This document shows positions 17,403 to 28,449 of a stretch of 64,000 bases of DNA, piece by piece; positions within the stretch are counted from its first letter, which is position 1; the number at the start of each line of letters is the position of its first letter. The notes beneath the pieces were generated by a model that searched no databases, was not told the DNA's origin, and was given only the letters and a program-made list of their open reading frames with translations. The DNA comes from Acidimicrobiia bacterium (lineage in GTDB: Bacteria; Actinomycetota; Acidimicrobiia; Spongiisociales; ZC4RG35), in assembly GCA_044867525.1 (NCBI GenBank), contig JBIOVB010000024.1:2472-66471 (forward strand), given 5' to 3'. The position numbers were made by a program, and so were the translations under genes.

Positions 17403-18596
17403 TCACGGCCAGACCAGGTCCACCCCGCCGCTCGTGATCAGGTCGGTGACCGCCCGCTCCAAGGCGCCGGAATGGATGTCGTCCTCGAGATACCGGCCGG
17501 GGCAGGCAGTGGCCGCGTGGTCGCCGTGTCCCGCGATCGTCGAAGGGCTGACCCCGTAGTGCTCGGAGGCCCACGCCAGGACCGCAGTCAACGACTCGAT
17601 CTGGGCCGAAGTTGGCGCTTCGAGCTCGAAGTTGCCCTCCAGCATCACCTGGAAATGCCCGTCGGTGTCGTAGGTCGTCGCCGTGTCTCCCCGGTAGCGA
17701 GGGTCTCGCCCCTCGTAGACAGTGCCATCGACTCCGATCACGATGTGATAGGCCAGATCTGGCCACCCCTGCCCATCCATGTGCGAGGCCTGATGAATCC
17801 GCATGAGTGCCGACCCGCTGGCGGTCGGGCCGATCCCGGCGTGGTGGACGGTCAACCGGTCGATGGTGTGGGCCACCATGCGGCTCGTCTCGGCCGGCCG
17901 CGCTCCCCATTCCTCCCTGGCGACCACCGCGACAACCGGATGGGGGCGGGGGGGTGGCCTTGTCGCGGTGAGCCCTAGGGCGCGGGTGAGGAATGTCGCC
18001 ATCTGGTCGCGTGTGACCTGACCCTGGGCACAGAATCGATCGTTCAGCGGGGGGTTGCACCCGACTGTGATCCCGGCGGCCGCGATCCGGTTGATGGCTT
18101 CCTCGAAAGCGAGGCCGTCGTCGTCGACGAAGTGGTCATCCTGGGTCGCGGGGTATCCGAAAGCCCGGGCCAGCATCGCCGCCATCTCACCCCGGCTCAT
18201 TGCCTGGTCGGGGCAGAACCTATCGTTGCGTGGGGGGTTGCACCCGACAGTGATCCCGGCGGCAGCGATCCGGTTGATGGCCCCTTCGAACAGGTGCCCT
18301 TGGTCGTCATCGAACCGATCGACGGCGGCCTCCGGAAGCCCGAGCGCCCGGGCAAGGAATGCCGCCATTTGGCCCCTGGTCACCGCCCGAGCCGGGCAGA
18401 ATCGGGTGTTGCCCGGCGGGTTGCACCCCGTGGTCATCCCCGCGGCGGCGATGGCTTCTATCCCACCCTCGTGGGTGTTCCCGTCGTCGTCGATGAACGT
18501 GCCACCGGGTGGGAGCACCGCGAGCAGGAGGATGAGCGTGGTGGCGAGTAGGTGCACGGGACGAGAGTGAGCCACCGAGGCTAACCCCCGTTCCAC
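17403..18596 (-). CDS. Secreted or anchored N-acetylmuramoyl-L-alanine amidase (Amidase_2/PGRP-like) with three SLH-like repeats
   Basis: N-terminal TM segment. Three units of about 61 aa (nt 17970-18497), each with F.DD.G..FE.AI..IAAAGIT.GCNPP...RFCP. C-terminus REEWGARP...LTVHHAG. Confidence 0.8.
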   Translation of the reverse strand: MERGLASVAHSRPVHLLATTLILLLAVLPPGGTFIDDDGNTHEGGIEAIAAAGMTTGCNPPGNTRFCPARAVTRGQMAAFLARALGLPEAAVDRFDDDQGHLFEGAINRIAAAGITVGCNPPRNDRFCPDQAMSRGEMAAMLARAFGYPATQDDHFVDDDGLAFEEAINRIAAAGITVGCNPPLNDRFCAQGQVTRDQMATFLTRALGLTATRPPPRPHPVVAVVAREEWGARPAETSRMVAHTIDRLTVHHAGIGPTASGSALMRIHQASHMDGQGWPDLAYHIVIGVDGTVYEGRDPRYRGDTATTYDTDGHFQVMLEGNFELEAPTSAQIESLTAVLAWASEHYGVSPSTIAGHGDHAATACPGRYLEDDIHSGALERAVTDLITSGGVDLVWP

Positions 18597-18624
18597 GCTC
18601 TCCTCGTCGACGACGCTTCACATC

Positions 18625-18644
18625 GGTGAAACAAGGGTGAAACA
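18625..18644 (+). promoter_or_regulatory. Direct repeat GGTGAAACA-ag-GGTGAAACA (11-bp period) in the divergent intergenic region
   Basis: Copies at 18625-18633 and 18636-18644. This gives GAAAC-n6-GAAAC spacing. Confidence 0.5.
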
Positions 18645-18653
18645 CGATCTCGG

Positions 18654-19208
18654 TTGAGTCACCTCGTGGACGCCGACGTGGCCCTGATCCATTGGCCCCA
18701 GGAGCAGGCGAAGCGGGCCGAGTTCGTGGTGGCTCGTCGTCCTCGTCTGCTGCTCGTCGAGTCCGGGCCGGCACCACTGAGCGTCTCCCTCATTGAGGAC
18801 TGGATCAGGATCCCGGCAACCGAGGCCGACCTCGAAGCCAGGGTCGAAACACTTCGGCGGCGGTCACAGCACCTCGCAGTTGTCGGAGACCTCTACCAGG
18901 AATTCCCGGTGCCGGTTCTCGAGGAGAGCGGCATTCTGCGCTTCGGCGCAGGATGGGTCTCGCTGTCACCACTCGAAGCCAGGTTGGTAGACGCCCTCCT
19001 GGCACGAGCTGGAGCGGTGGTGACGCGACAAACCCTGACCGAGGCCGGCTGGCCATCTGTAGACGGAGCGCGGGCCGACCCCCACCGCAACGTCCTCGAC
19101 GCCCACATCCTCCGCCTCCGTCATCGGCTGCCCTCGGTGGGGTTGACGATCCGCACCGTGCGGTCTAGGGGCTATCTCTTGGAGAAGGCAGGCTCCGCCG
19201 GCCTGTAA
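18654..19208 (+). CDS. Atypical OmpR-family regulator (degenerate receiver + winged helix)
   Basis: C-terminus LSPLEARLVDALL...VLDAHILRLRHRL...VRSRGYLLE. The receiver remnant has LLLVESG and EDWIRIP in place of the usual D and DDY.KP motifs. Confidence 0.75.
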   Translation: MSHLVDADVALIHWPQEQAKRAEFVVARRPRLLLVESGPAPLSVSLIEDWIRIPATEADLEARVETLRRRSQHLAVVGDLYQEFPVPVLEESGILRFGAGWVSLSPLEARLVDALLARAGAVVTRQTLTEAGWPSVDGARADPHRNVLDAHILRLRHRLPSVGLTIRTVRSRGYLLEKAGSAGL

Positions 19209-19318
19209 GAAAGCCGTCATCCAACCGATCAGGACTCGTAACACCACGTTTCGAATCCCTTCACAGACCCCTCCATACGGTCTGTGCTGAGCACCACGAC
19301 CCGGAAGGAGGCATGTAG

Positions 19319-20848
19319 ATGAGACCGGTGACACGAGGCCGCAGAGCGGCATTCATCATCAACCTGATTGGACTGTTCGTCGTCCTCGCGGCAACCCCGG
19401 CGATGGCACAGGAGACAGAGGTGATCCCGGCGGGAAGTCAGGAATTGAACCTCCTCTGGATCGTGATCGGGGCAGTGCTGGTGATATTCATGCAGGCCGG
19501 ATTCGCCTTGGTGGAGACCGGGTTCTCCCGAGCCAAACATGCTGCACACGTCGTCTCGACCAACTTCGCAATCTTCGGCCTCGGCTTCGTTGCCTTCTTC
19601 TTGGTGGGCTACGCCTTCATGTTCGGGGGGTTCTCCTACGTGCTCCCGGGATTCGACTTCGGCTACGACGCCGCGCTAGGCGGGCCCTTGATCGGCTCCG
19701 GGGATTGGATCTTCCTGTGGCAAGGTGGCTTCTTGCTCCAGGGAGAGCTGATTACCCCTGCCGTGCTCGGGTTCTTCCTGTACATGGTTGCCTTCATGGA
19801 CACCACCGCGACCATCCCCACCGGCTCGATGGCGGAGCGTTGGAGGTGGAAGAGCTTCGTCGGTTGGGGGCTGTTCTGTGGGGCGATCTTCTACCCGTTG
19901 TTCGGTGCCTGGACTTGGGGAGGAGGTTGGCTGAACCGCTTGTGGAGCTCCATGGGCTGGGGCGTGGGATATGCCGACTTCGCGGGCTCGGGAGTGGTCC
20001 ATGCCATGGGTGGGGCGGCTGCCCTGGCGGGAGCAATCGCCCTCGGGCCACGACTCGGGAAGTACAAGTCGGATGGGACGCCCAACACCATCCCAGGCCA
20101 TCACATCCCTATGGCGGCACTGGGGACGTTCATCCTGCTCTTCGGATGGTTCGGTTTCAACGCGGCGTCGACCTTCGCCGCAACCGATGTCCGGTTCGCC
20201 ACCGTGGCGGCCAATACAGCCATAGCTGCTGCCTTCGGTGCTGTGGCCTCCATGCTCTATTGCATGTACTTCCGGGGCCGTAGGCCCGATCCGGGGATGA
20301 TGATGAACGGGATGCTTGGCGGTCTGGTGGCGATCACCGCGCCTTGTGCCTTCGTGACTCCCGGCTGGTCGGCGGTCATCGGCATCGTCGCCGGCGTGCT
20401 CGTTGTGGAGTCGATCCGCTTCATCGAGAGGCGGGGTATCGACGACGTGGTGGGTGCCATCTCGGTCCACGGTGTGTGCGGCACCTTTGGGGTTCTGGCG
20501 GTGGGCATTTTCCCCGACGGGAGCTATGGAGCCGGTTGGAACCTGGCGGTCGACTCGGCCGGCAACCCGGTCGAGTTGAAAGGACTCATCTACGGGGGCA
20601 CCACCCAGATCCTGGCCCAACTGGCCGGCGTCGTCGTGATCTGGACGGTCATGTTCGGGCTGGCTTATGCGTTCTTCAAGATCCAGGACCGGATCACCAA
20701 GGGCGGAATTCGCCTCTCCGAGACTGCAGAGCGGTTGGGCATCGACCAACCGGAGATGGGGGTTCATGCCTATCCGGACTTCCTCGACATCGAATACGTC
20801 GACGTCAAGGTGGTCGACAAGGGCAAAGAACCTGTTGGGATCGGCTGA
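19319..20848 (+). CDS. amt: Ammonium transporter (Amt family)
   Basis: FMQAGFALVETGFSRAKH, DFAGSGVVH, FGWFGFN and VHGVCG signatures. GGAAGGAGG SD. Confidence 0.93.
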   Translation: MRPVTRGRRAAFIINLIGLFVVLAATPAMAQETEVIPAGSQELNLLWIVIGAVLVIFMQAGFALVETGFSRAKHAAHVVSTNFAIFGLGFVAFFLVGYAFMFGGFSYVLPGFDFGYDAALGGPLIGSGDWIFLWQGGFLLQGELITPAVLGFFLYMVAFMDTTATIPTGSMAERWRWKSFVGWGLFCGAIFYPLFGAWTWGGGWLNRLWSSMGWGVGYADFAGSGVVHAMGGAAALAGAIALGPRLGKYKSDGTPNTIPGHHIPMAALGTFILLFGWFGFNAASTFAATDVRFATVAANTAIAAAFGAVASMLYCMYFRGRRPDPGMMMNGMLGGLVAITAPCAFVTPGWSAVIGIVAGVLVVESIRFIERRGIDDVVGAISVHGVCGTFGVLAVGIFPDGSYGAGWNLAVDSAGNPVELKGLIYGGTTQILAQLAGVVVIWTVMFGLAYAFFKIQDRITKGGIRLSETAERLGIDQPEMGVHAYPDFLDIEYVDVKVVDKGKEPVGIG

Positions 20849-20872
20849 CCTGGTCTGAATCGGTGCCAGGGC

Positions 20873-20917
20873 GGGAAGGGAGGGTGGGTCGTGCCTCACC
20901 CTCTCTTCCCCGCTTTT
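20873..20917 (+). terminator. Rho-independent terminator after amt
   Basis: 14-bp stem GGGAAGGGAGGGTG/CACCCTCTCTTCCC (one G-U pair), then CGCTTTT. Confidence 0.75.
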
Positions 20918-20956
20918 GACTCAGGTCTCTTTCCGCCAGAGCCGATCTTCTAAAGC

Positions 20957-22447
20957 ATGGTGTGGTTCACCGCGCTCGTGGTGGGGTTGGTGTTGGCGGT
21001 GTTGCCTCCTGGGGGGTCGTTTGTCGATGACGATGGGAATGTTCATGAGGGTGGGATCGAGGCGATTGCGGCGGAGGGGATAACCCGGGGTTGTAGCCCT
21101 CCGGTGAATGACCGTTACTGCCCGGATCGGTCGGTGACCCGGGGGGAGATGGCGGTGTTCTTGTCCCGGGCTTTGGGGTTGGCGGCTCCGAGCCGGGATT
21201 ACTTCTCCGATGATGAGGGTCATGTTTTCGAGGGGGGGATCAACCGTTTGGCGGCGGCGGGGATCACCCAGGGGTGTAATCCTCCGGCGAACAGTCGGTT
21301 CTGCCCGGATCGGGCGATGACCCGGGGGGAGATGGCGGCCATGTTGACCCGGGCGTTCGGGTATCCGGTGTCGTCGGTGAACCGGTTCTCCGATGACAAC
21401 GGGCATGTGTTCGAGGGGGCGATCAACCGGTTGGCGGCGGCGGGAGTGACCACAGGGTGTAACCCTCCGGCGAATACCAGGTTCTGTCCCGACCAGCAGA
21501 TCAAACGGGACCAGATGGCCACGTTCCTCACCCGAGCCCTCCACCTCACCCCCAACAAACCCCCAGCCCGCTGCCCGATCCTTCCCGCCGACGACATCTG
21601 GAACACCAGGATCGACTCGCTCCCGGTCCATGCCCGATCGGCGCAATATGTCGCCACCATCGGGTCGTCGGCGACGATGCACGCCGATTTCGGTTCCGGG
21701 GTTTGGCCTCCGGGATCGACCAGTCCGATCGGGATCCCCTATATCGAGATTCCGGAGGGAACCCCTGGGGTGACGATCCAGTACACCGCCTACGGAGACG
21801 AATCCGACCCCGGCCCGTTCCCTATTCCGCTCTCGACGCCGGTCGAGGGAGGGCCTGATGCCGATGGCGATCGGCATGTCATCGTCGTCGACCGCTTCCG
21901 CTGCGAGCTCTTCGAGCTGTTCTACGCCTTCCCCGGCCCCGGCAATCGCTGGCGGGCGGCTTCCGGAGCGCGCTACGAGCTCGACTCGTCCGATCTCCGT
22001 CCCAACGGTTGGACCTCCGCCGACGCCGCAGGTCTCCCCATCTTCCCGGGCCTGGTCAGGTATCCGGAGGTGGCGTCGGGACGGATCACTCACGCGATCC
22101 GATTCACCGCACCGGAGACCCGAGCAGCCCACGTGTGGCCGGCTCGTCACCACGCCTCGGACAACACCGGCGTCGAATATCCCTCGATGGGTCAGCGATT
22201 CCGACTCAAGGCCAGCTTCGACATCTCGGGGTTCTCCCCACAGGTCCGTGTGATCCTCCGTGCGATGAAGGAGTACGGGCTGGTACTGGCCGACAACGGA
22301 TCGCCCTGGTACGTCTCAGGTGCGCCTGATTCCCGCTGGGACAACGACGCCCTCCATGAGCTGCATGAGATCCCGGGGTCGGCCTTCGAGGCCGTGGACG
22401 TCTCGTCGCTGATGGTCGACCCCAACTCGGGCCGCACCCAGCCCTGA
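20957..22447 (+). CDS. Secreted or anchored protein: three SLH-like repeats + about 300-aa C-terminal domain of unknown function
   Basis: The N-terminus and repeats (nt 21020-21547) are paralogous to those of 17403-18596. I do not recognise the C-terminal domain. Confidence 0.8.
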   Translation: MVWFTALVVGLVLAVLPPGGSFVDDDGNVHEGGIEAIAAEGITRGCSPPVNDRYCPDRSVTRGEMAVFLSRALGLAAPSRDYFSDDEGHVFEGGINRLAAAGITQGCNPPANSRFCPDRAMTRGEMAAMLTRAFGYPVSSVNRFSDDNGHVFEGAINRLAAAGVTTGCNPPANTRFCPDQQIKRDQMATFLTRALHLTPNKPPARCPILPADDIWNTRIDSLPVHARSAQYVATIGSSATMHADFGSGVWPPGSTSPIGIPYIEIPEGTPGVTIQYTAYGDESDPGPFPIPLSTPVEGGPDADGDRHVIVVDRFRCELFELFYAFPGPGNRWRAASGARYELDSSDLRPNGWTSADAAGLPIFPGLVRYPEVASGRITHAIRFTAPETRAAHVWPARHHASDNTGVEYPSMGQRFRLKASFDISGFSPQVRVILRAMKEYGLVLADNGSPWYVSGAPDSRWDNDALHELHEIPGSAFEAVDVSSLMVDPNSGRTQP

Positions 22448-22474
22448 CCTGCGCCATGGGTAGGTTTCGCTGTT

Positions 22475-23062
22475 ATGACGCGCCGGACCTGGTTGCCATT
22501 GGTCTCCCTGGTGCTCGTTAGCGCGTGCGGGCTGACTGGGTCGGGAGACATCGTCACCGAGGAGCGGACCCCCGGTGAGTTCGACCGGATCGAGGTCTCC
22601 GGCGGGATCGACCTCAGGCTGACAGTCGGGACTCGCGCCCTCAACGGTGTGTTTGTCACCTACGACGACAACCTCATCGCCCGCATCCAGACTGAAGTCG
22701 ACGGTGACACGCTCCGCATTTACAACGAAGGCTCGTACAACACCCTCGGTGGCGGGGAGCGATTCGTCGAGGTGACGGTCGGCGGTCTCCTCGGCCTCGA
22801 GGCCTCGGGGGGATCGAGTGTGATCGGCCAGGGTGAGACCACCACGCTCGAGGTCGCGGCCAGCGGGGGAGCGGACCTGGACCTGGCGACTCTCATTGTG
22901 GAAGAGATGGGCCTTCAGGCATCCGGCGGTGCGAGTGTCAATGTCAACGTGACCGATGCCATCACCGGTGAGGCCTCGGGCGGCGCCGATGTCATCGTCG
23001 ACGGTGACCCGCCGCAGCAAAGCATCGAGACCAGCGGTGGCGCCGAGGTCTCAAACGGTTGA
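22475..23062 (+). CDS. Lipoprotein with DUF2807 / head-GIN-like beta-helical repeats
   Basis: Lipobox LVLVSAC. Repeated (A/V)SGG(A/S/I)D(L/V) units. Confidence 0.7.
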   Translation: MTRRTWLPLVSLVLVSACGLTGSGDIVTEERTPGEFDRIEVSGGIDLRLTVGTRALNGVFVTYDDNLIARIQTEVDGDTLRIYNEGSYNTLGGGERFVEVTVGGLLGLEASGGSSVIGQGETTTLEVAASGGADLDLATLIVEEMGLQASGGASVNVNVTDAITGEASGGADVIVDGDPPQQSIETSGGAEVSNG

Positions 23063-24027
23063 CCACCGGAGAATCTTCATTCCGCGAAATGCCGACCACG
23101 GTTTCGGAGAGCTGGCACTCCTTCTTCGAGTCGGTTCCCGACCCCTCGACCCAACCATCGCTTCCCGACCCTGATGACCTCGAGGCGTGGCGCGAGCGAA
23201 ATCGAGTACTGGAAGCGGAACGGTTAGCAATGGGGTATGGCGACCCGGGACCAGGGGTCGAGGTCATCGAGTCGGAGTTGGGGGGTGTCCCGGTGCTGGA
23301 GGTGCGTCCCGACGGTTGGGAGGAAGATGGACGTGCCGTTCTCTACGCCCACGGGGGCGGGTACGTGGCTTTCACCTCGCGGTCGACGATCGGGAAGGCA
23401 GCCCTGGTGGCCAGGGCATCGGGTCTCCGTGTGTTGTCCATCGACTACACGCTCGCTCCGTTCTCCCGATGGGAGGCGACCACCGATCAGGTCCTGGCGG
23501 TGTTCGGCGCCGTGGTCGAAGCAGGGATCCCGATGGAAAAACTTGCGATCTACGGCGAGTCGGCCGGCGGCTCGCTGGTGGCCGGGTCAGTGCTCAAAAT
23601 GCGCGATCGCGGCTTGGGGATGCCTGCCGCTCTCGTCATGTGGTCGCCATGGTCCGACATCAGCAATGTCGGCGACACCTATCGCACGCTGGCCCACGTC
23701 GAGGGGAGCTATGTGTACGAGCTCCACCTCCAGCCCGCAGCCAACGCGTACGCCGACCCGACGGACCACATCCATCCCTATGTCTCACCGGTATACGGCG
23801 ATTACACGCAGGGGTTCCCACCGACGCTGATCCAGGGCGGCACCCGGGAGATCTTCCTCAGCAACTTCGTTCGTCACTACCGGGCTCTGGATGACGCCGG
23901 GATCGAGGTCGAGCTCGACCTCTACGAGGGGATGCCCCACGTCTTTCAGGGCAAGCTCCCCGACTCCGTCGAATCGAAGACGGCGGTTCGAAAGACCGTG
24001 GAGTGGATCACGACGAGGCTGAGTTGA
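23059..24027 (+). CDS. Alpha/beta-fold esterase/lipase (HSL-like)
   Basis: YAHGGGY oxyanion motif and YGESAGG nucleophile motif. Start is TTG 23059 (TTGA overlap) or ATG 23089. Confidence 0.85.
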   Translation: MTTGESSFREMPTTVSESWHSFFESVPDPSTQPSLPDPDDLEAWRERNRVLEAERLAMGYGDPGPGVEVIESELGGVPVLEVRPDGWEEDGRAVLYAHGGGYVAFTSRSTIGKAALVARASGLRVLSIDYTLAPFSRWEATTDQVLAVFGAVVEAGIPMEKLAIYGESAGGSLVAGSVLKMRDRGLGMPAALVMWSPWSDISNVGDTYRTLAHVEGSYVYELHLQPAANAYADPTDHIHPYVSPVYGDYTQGFPPTLIQGGTREIFLSNFVRHYRALDDAGIEVELDLYEGMPHVFQGKLPDSVESKTAVRKTVEWITTRLS

Positions 24028-24748
24028 GCGCCTCATTGGCGAACTCCGCCATCGAGTAGAAGCGGTGGTCGGGGACGGGCAATTCATCGACCCGGGCGGT
24101 CGCTCCCCACCTGCCGCCCTCCGACAACCGCTGCCGGTCGATCCAAACGGTGGCCAGGCCCATCCCCCGGGCGGGAATGTGATCGTGGAACAGGCTCTGG
24201 GCTACGTGGAGCAGATCATCGGCGCCGACACCGAAATCCCTGTCGAGATGCTCCAGGAGGTATTCGAAGTTGCGCCGGTTCGGCTTGTAGGAGCCGATGT
24301 CCTCGGCGGTGTACACCGCGTCGAATTCGATTCCCAGGGCCCTCTGTGAGGCGGCGAACCCGGCGCGATCCACGTTGGACAGGATCACCATCCGGTAATC
24401 CTCGGCTAACGCGGCAAGTGCGAGGGAACTGTCGTCGAAGGCGGGCCATGCCGGAACCGATGATCCGAATGCCTCGTCCAAATCACGGTTTGTCTCCAGC
24501 CCGAGTTGGGCCGCGAGGTCGCGGTGAACCCTGTTGAGGATCCCGGGATACGCCAACGTCGGGTTCCTCGCCTCCTGATCGCTCTCGGAGAGGGCGAAGA
24601 CCCCGAGAACCCGTGACCGATCCAGGTCGGGTTGCCCGTTGGCGACCAGCAGCGGCTGCAAAGCCTCCCAAATCCCGGTCTCCCAATCGATGAGAGTCCC
24701 GTAGCAATCGAAGCTGAGAACCTGGTAGTCGGGTATCGGCCTGGTCAC
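24008..24748 (-). CDS. HAD-superfamily hydrolase (haloacid dehalogenase type II-like)
   Basis: VLSFDCYGTLIDWETG motif, ILSNVD. Confidence 0.85.
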   Translation of the reverse strand: MTRPIPDYQVLSFDCYGTLIDWETGIWEALQPLLVANGQPDLDRSRVLGVFALSESDQEARNPTLAYPGILNRVHRDLAAQLGLETNRDLDEAFGSSVPAWPAFDDSSLALAALAEDYRMVILSNVDRAGFAASQRALGIEFDAVYTAEDIGSYKPNRRNFEYLLEHLDRDFGVGADDLLHVAQSLFHDHIPARGMGLATVWIDRQRLSEGGRWGATARVDELPVPDHRFYSMAEFANEALNSASS

Positions 24749-24754
24749 TGTCGC

Positions 24755-25939
24755 TCAGATAAGCCGACCGGCGTGCTCATAGAGCGGCACTCCGTCGATG
24801 CAGCGTTGTGGGCCGAGGCGACCGAGGTCGAGGGCGTGGGTCAGCCCGAGGATGGACTCCGCGAGGTATCGCCCGATGGCCGGGGCCTGCTGGAAGCCGT
24901 GACCGGAGAAACCTGATGCGACGAACAGGCCGGCGAGCGTCGGCCATTCGCCGATGATCGCATTGCCGTCGAGGGTGTTGACGTCGTAGAGCCCCGCCCA
25001 ACTCCTTCCGACATGTAGCTGGTCGAAGGCAGGCAGGTGTTCGACGAGCTCTGGCCATATCAGGTCGGTGAAACGACCCTGGCCGGCGGGTGTGAAATCG
25101 AAGCCAACCGGGTCTTCGGGTCGGGACCATGCGATGAGCCAGGTGGTGTCGGATTCGGGGAGGGCGTAGACACCCGAGGGCAGGAAGACGCTTGGCATCC
25201 CGGGGGCGGGGACGGTGGTCGACACCACATACACGGTCCGCATCACCGGGATCACCGGAAGGTCGACCCCGATCTCCTTGGCGAGGGCGGGCGCCCAGGC
25301 CCCGGCGCTGTTGACGACCGCGGTCGACTCCATCACGGTCCCATCGCCGAGCTTCACACCGCGCATCTCGTTCCCGTCGGCGATCAGCTCGGTGACCTCG
25401 GATTCGATGAACTCGGCGCCTAGCTCCGCCGCCTTTGCCCGATACCCGCGGAGAATCGCACTTGGATCAACCGAGCCGTCCCTCGGCCCCAGGGTCCCGC
25501 CGACCATCGTCTCCGACCCGTAGCCCGAGAACCGACGTTCGATTTCGGCGATCTCCAGCCAATCGACCTCGCAGCCCAGATCGCGTTGCAACTCCATCCC
25601 GGCGAGCGCCGCCGCCCGGTTGGCTTCGTCGACGAGGAACAGGTTGCCTTGCTGCCGGGCGCCGACTTCAGGTCTGAAGCTCGGTGTCGCCATGTCGTCG
25701 GCGAACGTCTCCAGCACCTCCATGGTGTGTTGGGAGATCCGGATGTTCTCCTCGAGGTTGAATTGGATGCGGACGTTGCCGTCCGAGAGGACCGTCGAGG
25801 CGAAGCGGTATCCGGGGTCTCTCTCGATGACTGCAACTCGTTGCCGGGGATGGGCGCGGAGCAGGTGAAAAGCCGTCGAGCATCCCATGATCCCCCCGCC
25901 GACCACGATCACGTCGAATTGGCGGCTGCCTTCAGTCAC
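24755..25939 (-). CDS. FAD-dependent oxidoreductase (DAO / sarcosine-oxidase-beta-like)
   Basis: FDVIVVGGGIMGCSTAFHL, C-terminal GFSGHGFQ. Confidence 0.85.
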   Translation of the reverse strand: MTEGSRQFDVIVVGGGIMGCSTAFHLLRAHPRQRVAVIERDPGYRFASTVLSDGNVRIQFNLEENIRISQHTMEVLETFADDMATPSFRPEVGARQQGNLFLVDEANRAAALAGMELQRDLGCEVDWLEIAEIERRFSGYGSETMVGGTLGPRDGSVDPSAILRGYRAKAAELGAEFIESEVTELIADGNEMRGVKLGDGTVMESTAVVNSAGAWAPALAKEIGVDLPVIPVMRTVYVVSTTVPAPGMPSVFLPSGVYALPESDTTWLIAWSRPEDPVGFDFTPAGQGRFTDLIWPELVEHLPAFDQLHVGRSWAGLYDVNTLDGNAIIGEWPTLAGLFVASGFSGHGFQQAPAIGRYLAESILGLTHALDLGRLGPQRCIDGVPLYEHAGRLI

Positions 25940-25957
25940 AGGGGAGACTCAGCTGAT

Positions 25958-28279
<2,322 letters not shown>

Positions 28280-28449
28280 GGTCCTTTCAGTCGCAGACGC
28301 GGATCATCGGTGGTACAGGTCGAAACCCGTTGCGCCGGCCGGAAAATCGGTTTCCGGGAGCCTCGATACCCACAACGGACGGCGAATCTACCCGCTCGGC
28401 TTTCTCAGTAGGAAATCCGTCGTTCCTGTGTTCGTTCATCTGCACATGC

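Noticed and set aside
19238-19253. GTAAC-n5-GTTTC upstream of amt as a second GlnR-type box
   Set aside because: The half-sites are inverted and spaced by 5 nt. The direct-repeat arrangement with 6-nt spacing seen at 18625-18644 is not reproduced. It is kept only as a weak observation.
19245-19262. TTCGAATCC string resembling a tRNA T-loop
   Set aside because: The flanking bases cannot form a T stem, and no acceptor, D or anticodon arms can be drawn.
19676-20899. 407-aa minus-strand ORF
   Set aside because: It is antisense to amt and has no recognisable domain. The Amt motifs are on the plus strand.
20921-22153. 410-aa minus-strand ORF
   Set aside because: It is antisense to the repeat-protein gene. 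The composition is R/P/G-rich, and the plus strand has a signal segment and clear repeats.
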